Assembly: GCA_004764695.1 (NCBI GenBank)
Contig: SMSO01000031.1
Coordinates: 8,910,761-8,974,760 of the forward strand
From: Schizochytrium sp. TIO01
Lineage: Eukaryota > Protista > Bigyra: Labyrinthulomycetes
Direction: 5' to 3'
Length of the DNA stretch: 64,000 nucleotides
Shown: positions 47,848-58,850 of the stretch, piece by piece
Position numbering within the stretch: position 1 is the first letter of the stretch
Layout: every line of letters starts with the position of its first letter
Notes under the pieces: generated by a model
What the model was told of the DNA's origin: nothing
Seen by the model: only the letters and a program-made list of their open reading frames with translations
The model's database searches: none
Position numbers and translations under genes: made by a program

Positions 47848-49987
47848 ATGCTTCTTAACGAGCCTTCAAGGCAAGCAAAAATCCTAGCAATATGTTGGAT
47901 TGCTCTTTATGCTAGCGTATCATGTCATTTTTCACAAGCTCTTGAAAGCCATTCTGGAGGTTCTTGCGTTGAGTATCCTGATGATGGGTGGTGCTCAGAG
48001 TTTGGTTTCTCAGGAAAAACGATATTTCAGTGGGACAACACATCGATTGCATATCTTGATGCTTATATTGATGCCCGGTATTCAGCTATACGCCAATCAA
48101 TCTCTAGTATAGCCTCCAACGACTGTATTACACATTTTTACAGAACCATTTGTCTGGGATATTTCCCACTTTGTGACTCAAGTACTGGGGTACCTCGACG
48201 TCCTTGCGCCTCGTACTGTGAGGATGTTCATGACAATTATTGCACTGCAGCATTTGGTAAGTCCGCTCTTGAACTTGTGGTCAAATGACTTTTTCTATCT
48301 CATAGATGCTAACTCACCTTGTAATCTACGAATTGTAATCATAGCCATCGTGGAAAGTTTAGGCTTGTCAAGTCTTGTGTACCAGTGCACAGATACCATT
48401 GGAACGGCGGCTCCGTCGACCTCTCATTCAGCCATTACAGGATTATTTTATCACTATCTCGAGGACTGGGATGGAGAGCCTATCTTTGAGGAAACTACTT
48501 ACTCAGATATCGACAACTCAAATCTTGAGTGTATTACTGAGACAGAGTTAGAAGTAGACTCTTGCTCTGGCAATGATTGTGCCTGGGGTATGACCAATGT
48601 ATGGTACCCAACTTTGCTTGATGCTACAACGGGTTTGGTTGAGTATAATGATCCTGATGACTTTGATTATTGCTTTTATTCGGGGTCTAACAGTTCTGAC
48701 ATGAACTGCACCCGGTGCGACTCTGTTTGCGACATTGCCTGCCCACTGCCTTTCATCTACACGGACCATCAATACACATCGTTATGGGTAACGACGTGGT
48801 TGCCTGGATTCATTGGTCTTCCGCTCTCTATTAGTGTCGTTTTAAATGAACGAAAGAGAGTGCTTCGTCTGAAGCGTCGCGACTTTACAGACTGGATTGT
48901 TTGCGTAAGTGCAATCATCTGCATCATGTTGTTCTTCTTTGACTCATTGCCAAGCGCCATACTTGCAGAAGATATGCGATGCAATGGATACGATGTTCTT
49001 GACTTTCGTGTCAACTCATATGGAAATTCCTATTGTGAATTTGGAAAAATTAAGCCACACCTCCTACAGGCTTTACTCTTGTGTGTAGCAATTACTTTGT
49101 ATAAGGTGTATCGACAAATTAAAGCATCGCGCGCTATGAGCCGCTATATCCCTTCTCGAGGATTCGTTATCTTCTCCCGACTCGGGCTCATTTTGATTCC
49201 AGGACTCTTGAGCCTTGGCACGTTCCTTTTGGAAGCAGACCAATTATATATGACTTCATATAACTATCGAATCGCTCAAGGTGGAAGCTACTTTGAAGAA
49301 CTGATGTATTTTCCAAACCTCATTCGGTACGCTTATTCATGTGGCCCACTTTTTGAAAGCGAGTTGGAAGAATGGATATTTGTTCAGGGTCCTCTTCTTT
49401 TGATTGGATTGTCATGCGTTTTGTTATCCTTTCTGCTACTGCACAATGTGATGGCAATGGGAGGTTTCACTATATCTTCTCGGGGCAAGGGTACTACTGC
49501 ACCAACGAATAAGGCTAAAACCAACTCGTTATACGCTCTAGCTATCAACATGCTGATTTTTGCGGGTTTCTCTACGATGCTTGTTTTGATCAATGCTATT
49601 GCAACATTCTCATTTCTTCCACATGCAAAATCATTTGGAGTGGAAGTGGACATGTGGGTTCGTTGTGCAAGAACTGGTATCGACTGGAAGACAGCAGTCG
49701 CAGAGAATGCTACAGATGTATCGAATTACGTAAGTACCAACAAAACCAAAGCAGGTGTAATAGCTCATTGTGGAGCCCTGGAAGATCATGCACCTGATTT
49801 CAGTCTCATTATTCTCCAAGCAGTTGCACAAAGTCTCCCTCCTCTTTGCTTTGGCTTTATCTTTGCACTTCCAGTTATTAAACAGATTGCAAAATGCAAG
49901 TTTAACAAGATTTCTCCTAAAGTCGAAGCTACCTCGGCAGCGCCAACAACAACGACATCACACAACCATAGTATAAGTATGGATTGA
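47848..49987 (+). CDS. Frizzled/Smoothened-like 7TM receptor, exons 47848-48256 and 48345-49987
   Basis: Signal peptide (ILAICWIALYASVSCHFSQA), Frizzled-type cysteine-rich domain (C...C...CITHFYRTICLGYFPLC...RRPCASYCEDVHDNYC), linker CDIACPLPF, then about seven hydrophobic helices. The intron joins the two track ORFs in frame. Confidence 0.82.
48257..48344 (+). other. 88-nt spliceosomal intron, phase 1
   Basis: Donor GTAAGT at 48257, branch-point-like TGCTAAC at 48307-48313, acceptor TAG ending at 48344. Splicing gives ...TAAF-A-IVESLG... in frame. Confidence 0.85.
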
Positions 49988-50312
49988 GAGGCGAGGTTCA
50001 TTATGTGACGTCCTGAAAGGTTTGTGTAAACATGCAGATTGTGTAAACATGTTTTTTTTTTATAAATAAGGAAATTAGAGCTATGAAACAATTGCGAAGC
50101 AAAACTTCCGAGGTTTGACATGCACAAATATGTTCCCCGTCTTCCTGCACATATAATTCTTGTATTCTAATATTAAACATAATATATTTGAAGAAAGAAA
50201 GCGCTTGCAACGTAAGGGTTGAAACTAATTTACAGATTATCTGTGTAAGTAATATTTAACTTCACCTTGCAGATCTGGTCTCCCAAATAAATGTGGTGAG
50301 AATTGCACAAAG

Positions 50313-53300
50313 TTATGACTTCGACTTCGACGAGGCAGACCCTGGTTTGTTATTATTCGTGCGAAACCCGCCGAAACGACGATTCGAGGGGCTTGATTGA
50401 GCGCCAACCTTTGTTTCAGAAAACGGGGGCTCCGCAATGACCTCCTTGTCACTCTCATCGGAGCTGTAGACGGTTTCTATGGGTGCACAATCGAGAGCAA
50501 CGCGAGGCTCCGGTTTACTATCTGCAATAGCAATGGAATTGTCAGTACTACCATCCTTTGACAGTTTAGATGAGGATGATAACTTCTTTTTTCGAAAGGA
50601 CTTTGGCCTAGAGACGCTATCATCCCACTTTGTTTCGCCCGTATGGGGATGAATAAGATACTTCCGACCGCTTGTTGGATCAAAATTCTCAATCCAGGCG
50701 GCCTTAGTTTTCAGGTTCCTCTTGCGTCTTTTAGAGCTATTTCGCCCGATTAAATCATCTATAGACTCCGTTCGCGAATCTGACTTTTGGAGAATATCGC
50801 TTGAAGGATCTTCCAGCGACAGGTTGATTGGCTCCCTCTTCTCGGCCCCAGGAGGAAGAACAACCTTGGGCGTGGCACTTTCGAGAGACGCTAAAATTGA
50901 TTGTAGCTTGCGAATATGTCCAGGGCGAAGCCCAGCATGTCGCAAATCCTCTTTGCTCGCAAGAATTAGCTTCTCTGTAGAATCTAAACCCTGAGATTTC
51001 AATCCTACAGAGTATTGATCAAGATGGTTTGTTGTAAGGAAAATTTCAAACGGAGGAAGCGTTCCTATCAGTGTGGCTGCCATTCGCTTCGCCTGCTGTT
51101 CGAGCTCTGTCAATTTATGTTCATGAAGTACTTGCTGAGCCTTGAGAATTTCCACTGTATCCGTTTTCTCCTGTTCAATTTGGGATACGTCTGCTTTGAA
51201 CTTCTCAGTGAGATTATGTTTGTCCTGTAGACGTTGCGCTTCAATATTCTCTACCTCCTGCAGATAGTCCTCTTCAATCTGCTGTGCCAGCTCTTGATGC
51301 TCTTTCTTGATACGATGCAAAGCATCCATAAAGTCTTCGTCCATTTCACCAGTCACTGGGTCAATACGATGCTCCTCAATAATTCTAGTTAGTTCTGCAT
51401 TTTCTCTTAGCACGATCTGAATTCGCTTTTCGAGAATCATGTACATCTCAGGGCTCCTATATGCGAGACCTCGCTTCAAGGGGTCGTGCATTTTGTGTGG
51501 ATCTCGTTTCACTTCATCTTCAGGGGCAGGAAAGCTGCTAAGTTTGTTGAGATCAGCAATGTTTTCCAGATGAACTTGGTGCCTACGGGTTATTGGGGTG
51601 GTCATCACTGATCCTCTCGCAATTCCATTGCGAATTACGCTTGGTATTGCCTGGGAAAATCGTCGAACTGCCTGAAGTCGTGCCCCCGGAGCTTTTGCAA
51701 CGCTCACGGCAGCAGAGAGAAACATGCTTGCCCGATTTCGCGGTGGGGAAGTTACACCAATTTCATTATTGCCTGGCACGGAAATTATAGCGCTTGGACG
51801 AGACTGATGAGGTACCACCTGAGAACGCGACCGGTTTGCTTCGGCAAAAACTCTTGGCATATCGGCGACTGGATCACCAATTGCCAATGATGGATCACCT
51901 GTGGGGTGTACCAGACCGAGCTTGAAATTGTTAATCTCAGGGCTATAGAGGTGGATGCGAAGTTTGGGATTAATAAGTAACCCGAGAATCACCCAAATTG
52001 TGGCAAGACAAGAAATAGACACGAGGACAAATTTGGCATTCTCATTTGGGGATACAACCACTTGCGAGGCAAAGTACCCTGTTCCAGCTACCAGTAAGGT
52101 CGCGAAGCTAGTCACCATAAGATGGAACCCCTCATTAAAGTAAGTAGGTTTGAGCCGTAGCTCAACTGCAAGGCGGCAATTCATTAAAAGGAAAGACATA
52201 CAACCTACAAAAAGTAGGGCCTCGAATGCTGAAAGCTGACTACCGTACTCACAGGAAGCGTATTCAAGCCATACACGATCTGTCAAACGTACACTTGCCG
52301 TTCCTGGAGTGAAGAAGAGAAACCACAAACAGAAGAGCCCTACCAAAAATAAACAGATGGGCTTTAATGTCTCCTTGAGATCTTCGGTATTCATAGCCAT
52401 ACGAAGTTTTTTCCGATTTAGCTTCGTGTAAATTGATAACTGGATTATAGCAAAAGGTACAGCTATGAGGATAGGCCGCAGAATACAATGAATTATTGTA
52501 ATCGGCCCTGCCCAAACAAAAGGACCGAGTGCTCCAACAAGTGAGCTTTGCAGTATTAACTCAAGGAACCATGGGTGGGAAGTCTGAAACACGACAGAGG
52601 ACTTTGCATTTTGTCGGATCAGTCGGCGTGCCCATGTTATGTACAGTATTGTAGCTACCTGAAGACCGAATATAGGCCAGAAAAGAAAGCTTTTGCCAAT
52701 TATAACCGTCAGCATATCAGGGTCTACTAAACCTGAGCAGTCATCTCCAACATATCCTTGATCACACTCACAAGAACCTGCATTTGGGTGAAGTTGCAAT
52801 AATTCACTAGTTGAGATGCACGTGCCATGGCCTGAACATGTTTCATTATTTGTCGATGAAGACTCCAAGTCAACAGTCGCAAATGGGTCCTGGAGTTCGC
52901 CTAAACAGCGTACTTGATTTGCCGTTTCAGGGAGCCACGACTGCCAAATATCAGTGTTATTACGAACCCAGTCGCAAACAACCGTTCTTGCACGCGTTGG
53001 CGCTACCATTTCCCTGTAGATAGGGTCATAGTCAAAGGAGGCTAACAAGTGCTCTTGTTGATCCGTTGTCAACTGAAATCGCCGAAGGAAGCGATATGCC
53101 TCGGGTGCATAATTTTGTAGGTTCGCTGCAAAAACCTTGTAGATAATTTCATTTTGGTATCCACATTGTTCCTGTTCTTCCACGTTAGCTGGAGTGCTAG
53201 CATTAGCGGGACAACGATCTTCAAACGATCTTTGGCTCGGCATGCACTCCGCATCTGATGGATAATCTGGCAGTTGCACTTTCGCAAGTTCAAATTCTGG

Positions 53301-54980
53301 ACCAGAATAGTTTCCCCAGGGTTCGTCTCCTAGCATATATTTGTGACGTAGAAATAAACTGTCTGGTCGTGACCAACTGATCAAAACTGGAGATGCATCA
53401 TCGGAATTCTCCTGAAGCAGACGTGCAGAGACCTCCAAGACCTCTTGCACTTCACTTCGCATATTGTAAGGTTGGACTTGTAGATTATATGAATTTACGA
53501 TATCGTAGTCACGGTTTTGGAAGCGACTATACCCGTCTTCACCTTCGTTTAGCCAAGTTAGCCATTCCTCAGCACCTGGAGTGACAGGCATCAAAGTAGA
53601 GTTTGGGCAACTTGTAGATTGCAGGACACCCGTTCCTGTATCATCTACGAAAACACCCTTGTAGAGGAACTTCACATTATCGAAGCCTTCACGGGTAAGT
53701 TCTGACTCAGCAATAGGCAGAGCCGTCTGGAGATCATCTGGCGTAACCCAGTATTGCGTACAAAGAGAATAAAACAAAATCCCAGTTGTTGTATTTTGAT
53801 TCGTTGCACATCTTTCAAGAACAACCTCGCGAGTTGCATGGTACTTGGCGTCAATATTATCTGCATATACAATATTATATTCTGCAAGGAGAGCGTACTC
53901 GAAGAAGAAATGGCAAAAATGTGACGGGGTTGATGCATCAAGCGCAAAGGGGTCATCACTTGAAGCAATATAGCCCCATTCAGACAGTGTTCGTAAACAA
54001 TATTCACCGAAGGTAAGAGGGTATCTAAATACCGCTGTGGAATTCACACCTTTCATTCCACGAAATGAAGAGAGGGTTGGATCTTCGTCAAGAGCGCTTT
54101 TAGTTGCCCACCAACCAAACTCGCCGATTGATCCAAGGCGACCTCCGTCTTCTACTGTTTTACGCTGTAGTACGTATTCATCGTAATTTTCATCTTGACC
54201 GTTAGGCCATACTTCAAGTATGGCATGAGCGCAGGGATAGCAATTATCCTTGCAGCCTGCCTCCTGAAGATCCTGGGGCATTTCAACTCCGTATGTCGCT
54301 TTGAAGCCATCTGAGCAATCCATTGACCCACTCGAAGCTAGGTCTAAAGCATCCCAGCTATATATTCGTCCATCAAGGACATCAAACCTCGAATTATTGT
54401 AGTACCAATATGGTGTGTCGCCCCCATTGACATTTTCGATGCGTACAGGCACTTGAAGCTGCTCTTCAAGTATAATTTGTGCAATCCAGAGATTGTATAA
54501 ACTTGATCTCCAAGCTGCGCCTGTCAAAATAACAGTAGCTCGCTCTAATTGGTTCTTTGAACAAATCTGCGTTGAAGGATCATCTGAAGAATACGGAGTC
54601 TCATCATCCTGACAAACCCGTAATCGATCTGTGCATTGCGGCGCCCACACCATTGCTCCGTTGCTTGCCTGCCCAAGGCTTGCTAAGAGTACAGCTGCAA
54701 GCATTGAAATAAAATAGGGTACCATCGAGGACAATCTCCTGCGTCTTCGCTTTTTAGTATGCATCTCCTCTCTGTTGTTTAGCCTGTCTTGGCTCTTAGC
54801 CATGGTAAAGTATGTGCTGCCCGTGAGAGCTACTCCACTCCCGCTCTTCCTGCTCTCATCAACAAGACGAGCTTGTTCCGCTGCCTGAAGCGCTGGAGTA
54901 AAGATGAAGACCGTATAAGCACTGCAAGGCGGCTTGGAGGGTTTGCGTACTCCTGTCAGCGCACCCAGACAGGGTCCCAT
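50313..54980 (-). CDS. Class C GPCR-like receptor: solute-binding-like ectodomain, EGF-like, 7TM, coiled coil, SAM, WW
   Basis: Signal-like MVPYFISMLAAVLLASLGQA (ATG 54725 may be the true start). APEAYRFLRRFQL...CDWVRNNTDIWQSWLP resembles the C-terminus of OpuAC/ProX-type binding proteins. EGF-like CSGHGTC...CECDQGYVGDDC. Class C loop motif KPTYFNEG. SAM FLTTNHLDQY...LRPGHIRKL. WW WIENFDPTSGRKYLIHPHTGETKWD. Confidence 0.82.
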   Translation of the reverse strand: MGPCLGALTGVRKPSKPPCSAYTVFIFTPALQAAEQARLVDESRKSGSGVALTGSTYFTMAKSQDRLNNREEMHTKKRRRRRLSSMVPYFISMLAAVLLASLGQASNGAMVWAPQCTDRLRVCQDDETPYSSDDPSTQICSKNQLERATVILTGAAWRSSLYNLWIAQIILEEQLQVPVRIENVNGGDTPYWYYNNSRFDVLDGRIYSWDALDLASSGSMDCSDGFKATYGVEMPQDLQEAGCKDNCYPCAHAILEVWPNGQDENYDEYVLQRKTVEDGGRLGSIGEFGWWATKSALDEDPTLSSFRGMKGVNSTAVFRYPLTFGEYCLRTLSEWGYIASSDDPFALDASTPSHFCHFFFEYALLAEYNIVYADNIDAKYHATREVVLERCATNQNTTTGILFYSLCTQYWVTPDDLQTALPIAESELTREGFDNVKFLYKGVFVDDTGTGVLQSTSCPNSTLMPVTPGAEEWLTWLNEGEDGYSRFQNRDYDIVNSYNLQVQPYNMRSEVQEVLEVSARLLQENSDDASPVLISWSRPDSLFLRHKYMLGDEPWGNYSGPEFELAKVQLPDYPSDAECMPSQRSFEDRCPANASTPANVEEQEQCGYQNEIIYKVFAANLQNYAPEAYRFLRRFQLTTDQQEHLLASFDYDPIYREMVAPTRARTVVCDWVRNNTDIWQSWLPETANQVRCLGELQDPFATVDLESSSTNNETCSGHGTCISTSELLQLHPNAGSCECDQGYVGDDCSGLVDPDMLTVIIGKSFLFWPIFGLQVATILYITWARRLIRQNAKSSVVFQTSHPWFLELILQSSLVGALGPFVWAGPITIIHCILRPILIAVPFAIIQLSIYTKLNRKKLRMAMNTEDLKETLKPICLFLVGLFCLWFLFFTPGTASVRLTDRVWLEYASCEYGSQLSAFEALLFVGCMSFLLMNCRLAVELRLKPTYFNEGFHLMVTSFATLLVAGTGYFASQVVVSPNENAKFVLVSISCLATIWVILGLLINPKLRIHLYSPEINNFKLGLVHPTGDPSLAIGDPVADMPRVFAEANRSRSQVVPHQSRPSAIISVPGNNEIGVTSPPRNRASMFLSAAVSVAKAPGARLQAVRRFSQAIPSVIRNGIARGSVMTTPITRRHQVHLENIADLNKLSSFPAPEDEVKRDPHKMHDPLKRGLAYRSPEMYMILEKRIQIVLRENAELTRIIEEHRIDPVTGEMDEDFMDALHRIKKEHQELAQQIEEDYLQEVENIEAQRLQDKHNLTEKFKADVSQIEQEKTDTVEILKAQQVLHEHKLTELEQQAKRMAATLIGTLPPFEIFLTTNHLDQYSVGLKSQGLDSTEKLILASKEDLRHAGLRPGHIRKLQSILASLESATPKVVLPPGAEKREPINLSLEDPSSDILQKSDSRTESIDDLIGRNSSKRRKRNLKTKAAWIENFDPTSGRKYLIHPHTGETKWDDSVSRPKSFRKKKLSSSSKLSKDGSTDNSIAIADSKPEPRVALDCAPIETVYSSDESDKEVIAEPPFSETKVGAQSSPSNRRFGGFRTNNNKPGSASSKSKS

Positions 54981-56154
54981 GGAGACACCTTACCTAGATC
55001 GCTACAAGTTCGCTGTGATGTTTTGAAGGGCTTTCGTGCTCCGGTGGTCTTATGGAGGGAGCCCAAGAAAGCATAGAAATGGCCGTTATGAAGATGACGA
55101 AGACTTAGTATAAATAAATGCTAATATATTATACCAATTTGTAGTAGTAGTCCCAGCTATATTAATAGTAGGGATAGTGCACACATGTACCATTCGTACT
55201 ACTGAATCCTGGTATGGTGCCAACATGAGAACCAATATACTACCTTGCACTGCTGCCCTTCTTTACAGCTGGTGGATATTTGCAGTCTTTGATTCATGGC
55301 CACTATCAAGAATTTGTTTGCAACCATTTTACTAGGATTAAAGCTCAAGTAAAATAAATCGGGATCATAGGTAGCTAGTGCGTTAGGTAGGTTGAGGCTA
55401 TGTTTGTTTTGAGGTGAAACATAAATTTAATTGCTTCTTAGTAGTGACAGTGAATCGAGAGCAAAAAAAATGCAAATTCGCATCGTGATCGTACAAAGAT
55501 TCGTAAGATGAAGCCAATGACAAAGATGTCAAAAGTATTTGATTATTGGTTATCTTTATTATCTCATCTTGGAATAGTATATATAATTGTTTGTTTATAA
55601 ACTCCTTTTGAAAGTTGATTTTTCTCGTTTTCTCATTTTCTCAATGCTTTTTTTGTTGTTTTTCTTTTAGCCGACATTTGATCTGATCAGCAGCCAAGTT
55701 AGAGAGGTTTACATTTGACCTAGACTTTAAGCTGCTGCTGCAAAGCAAAAAGTAATGCCAGTGTTTTAATCGAGCAAGTCAGGTTTGCTTGATCGCATAG
55801 GCAGTAGAAATACAAACAGAACGTTATATCCCCCCGTTCCTTGGGGTGGTTTTGGTCGTGCTAGGTACCACCTACATGTTTATCACAACATCTCTCTGGA
55901 GATCAAGAAGGAAGAAGGATATCGCCCAACGACCATGGGGCAGTAGAAACAATGACGAAAGCCGAAAGAAGCCGAAAGAATTGGTATACACAGGATTATG
56001 TTGGTGAAGTTGAAGTAAGGCTATATATAAAAGTTGAGCGAGAGAGCAGAGCTGTGATGGGAAGTAAGCGCCCTAGTAGCAATCCGAGTAGTAGGTATAT
56101 CTCCTCTCGTCATGAAGGTCATGTTGAAGCAGTGCCATCGGTACAAAGACTTAT

Positions 56155-56691
56155 TTACACAGGAATTGGCGACGTGCGGCGCAGCTCCTCACGACGCTCT
56201 TGACGGCGAGACTGGCGACGGATGAGCTCCTTCTTTGTCTCCTGACGTACATCCTTTTGCACCTCAGGAGCACCGTAAAAGTTCTCGTGGATGCGTGGCT
56301 TGGCCCCCTTGCTGGCGGTACGAACATGAAGACGGCGGATCTTCTCTTGCTGCTCTGGCGTACGGGAATGCATGTAAATATCCGTCGCGGACTGGGCTCC
56401 TGTGGAAGACACGGTATCGAGCACCTTGGGGATTTCGGTCACGCCCATCTTACGAGAGCCGTGGCCGTCCGAGATATCCCAGGCACGCGCAACGCGGCTG
56501 TTACGCCGTGCAAGCAGTCCTGAGCGGTCAGCTCTGTTGAGCATTTGCTCGCAATAGGCCGGGAAGGGTCTGCTGCCCTCCAGATTCTGCTTTAGGTACA
56601 GACATTCGGGCACAGAAACCTGAGCGGCCGCACCACGAGTAGCGCGGCGGTAGATATCGTCTACCTTGGCGTCTTCTGACTGGTTCACCAT
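56155..56691 (-). CDS. Hypothetical basic protein, 178 aa
   Basis: ATG-initiated ORF in a GC-richer island between AT-rich flanks. No family recognised. Confidence 0.6.
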   Translation of the reverse strand: MVNQSEDAKVDDIYRRATRGAAAQVSVPECLYLKQNLEGSRPFPAYCEQMLNRADRSGLLARRNSRVARAWDISDGHGSRKMGVTEIPKVLDTVSSTGAQSATDIYMHSRTPEQQEKIRRLHVRTASKGAKPRIHENFYGAPEVQKDVRQETKKELIRRQSRRQERREELRRTSPIPV

Positions 56692-57399
56692 TGTGCTCGT
56701 TTCCTCGGCGTGGTTCTGGTTCTCTGCTTACACCGTAGCAAGGGTCTTCTCAGTAGCAACTTGTTCAAAGCTGGTCTTGTTCGCGTAGAATATACCTTGA
56801 CTTGACTTGACTTGGCTTGATTGATTGATGAACTTGGTGTGTCTTCGCTTGCTGCTCCAAATCTGATTTCGCTTTGAGTTCGAGTTTTGGTTTTGGTTTC
56901 TGGTTTGCTGTTCTGGAGATTCATCTGATCAAACCAAATTTCTTTCAATACTCTGAGAAATGTCTTTTACTCCTACTCTGACCCCAAGCTTCTATAGTTT
57001 CATCTATCGGAACCAGCTCAAACCTTTTTTTTTTTTTTTCTTTCTTTCTTTTAGCTACTTTTCGAGTCTAGACCTACTGCGATAACTATGTTCAGTCTAG
57101 GGTCTCTATGATATATTCACTTTCAGCTTCATTTTGTTTTTCTTAGTGTTTTATTCTTTTAACTACTTACTGCTCTAGAGTACTACGAAGATATTTTAAA
57201 TACATAAATAATAAAAGCTTATCAAAAAACAGAAATAAAAATAAATAAATAAAATCTTTCTCACTTTCCCACTTTCTCACAAATTCCAAGATATCACTAT
57301 TTTCTTTATTCTTTCTATTTTTTAAAGTTACTCTTTCAAACTGAGCATCTCTCAAGAAACATAAAAATTCGAAAGATTTTTGTCTTTGTAAGATAGAGA

Positions 57400-58690
57400 G
57401 AGCGGTGGAGATATGAACTCGTCAGGCCCAGATCCTACACCTCCTTAGCAGTTTCTGGTAAGCCCACTCCACCAGCTCGAAGACGTCAAAAGACTCACTC
57501 ACTCCCGCCGAGTTCCTGCTTTCTCTCTACCCCTCCGCCTTCAAGACAGCTGAGCACCGCGAAGAAGCCACTCTCCTCGCTCTGCTTCCACGAACATCTG
57601 GCGGTCTAAAGCTTCGAACGCAGGCGGCCGCAGGGAGTCAGTCTCTGCTCCTCCGCAAGCCTCTTCTCAGGTTCTCTCTTTAGTACGTACCCGTAATCCG
57701 GAGTCATCCCTGGCCGACTTGGAAACCCTCAGGTCGAGATCCTCTTCGAGATCAATCAGAAAGCGTCCAACTCGAAGCAAGAGCGAGTGTCCTTCGAGTT
57801 CAGGTTGTCCGTTCAAGCGTTTCATCACATCAGGCCCACGCCATCGAGACCGAGGAGAAACAAGCAATCGAGCAGAACCAGCGACCTCCAAGTGCAGGCG
57901 AACTCGAGTTTCATCTCTTCAAGGTGGCCAGCCAAGCTCAACTGAGGACAACGGGCCAGGCCGCCGCCGCCGATCCCCTGCGAGCTCCTCTCGGGCGAGC
58001 CGCTGGCCACTGGTTCCTGGCGTTATTCGCTCTCCGCCGAGCAGCCTGAGCTCTCGCTGCTCCAGCATCGTCAACGGGGCGCTTCCGGGGCCCGTGTCCA
58101 CAGAGCCGTCTCGAATTCCTCGCCCGCCATTCCCGCTCCCCAAGCACAAGCACTCCATGCGAGCTTGGATTGAAGAAGAAGAAGAAGTTGGAGCTCTCTT
58201 CGAAGCCCCTCTGCAACCCAAGAAGCGCCATCACCCTCGTGACAGCCCGCGCTCTCAAGACGGCCGAGCAGGCTCCTGCCGACGAAGAAGTAGGTGCTTC
58301 CGCTGCGGCTTCGTTCTGGGCCCTCCTCGCCCTCCTCAGGGTTCGCAAGCCCGAGCTCCTTTCGATTTTCGTTCGACGGGCGGCGAGCACTTCGAAGGAG
58401 CAGACGACCAACCGTCTCGACCTCAGCAAGCGAGCAGGCGCCCAACTTGAAGCGCTCGAGCATTTGGAGCAGCGCGGCCTCGAGTGCATTGGCGTTTTCG
58501 CCTTCGCTTTCGCTGCCAGAGCACGCCCCGCGATCCTGGGCGGAGAGCCGCCGCGACCCGCCCTGGCGGTGCCTGGGCGAGCGCCTTACGCTTGCTTCGT
58601 TTGTCCATGTCGAGACTGGAGGCCCTGCTCCCCGTCACGACCTCGAGCGCCTTTGCGCAAGGTTCTTCATGGAAACGCCACCAAAGCGAA
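57400..58690 (-). pseudogene. GC-rich island with interrupted coding-like frames
   Basis: One minus-strand frame reads ...EGENANALEAALLQMLERFKL...LQLLLLLQSKLAW..., is broken by stops near 58071 and 58023, and continues as ORF 57825..58010. No homology recognised. Confidence 0.25.
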
Positions 58691-58699
58691 AATGGATCC

Positions 58700-58850
58700 A
58701 AAGCTCGAAGCTCAAAGCTCAAAGCTCAAAGCTCAGAGTTCAAAAGTCCATGGAATCCATAAAATCCAAAATTCAAACATTCAGAAATTCCAAAATTCAG
58801 AACATTCAAAATCCAAAATTCAAAATCCAAGATTTCAAAACTCAAAATTC
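58700..58850. repeat. Degenerate 7-bp tandem array (AAAGCTC grading into AAAATCC/AAAATTC)
   Basis: aaagctc gaagctc aaagctc aaagctc aaagctc agagttc ... aaaatcc aaaattc ... aaaactc aaaattc. Confidence 0.8.

Noticed and set aside
1692-54980. A D-amino-acid signalling system linking the racemase and the class C-like receptor
   Set aside because: The genes are about 47 kb apart with unrelated genes between them, and nothing in the sequence connects them.
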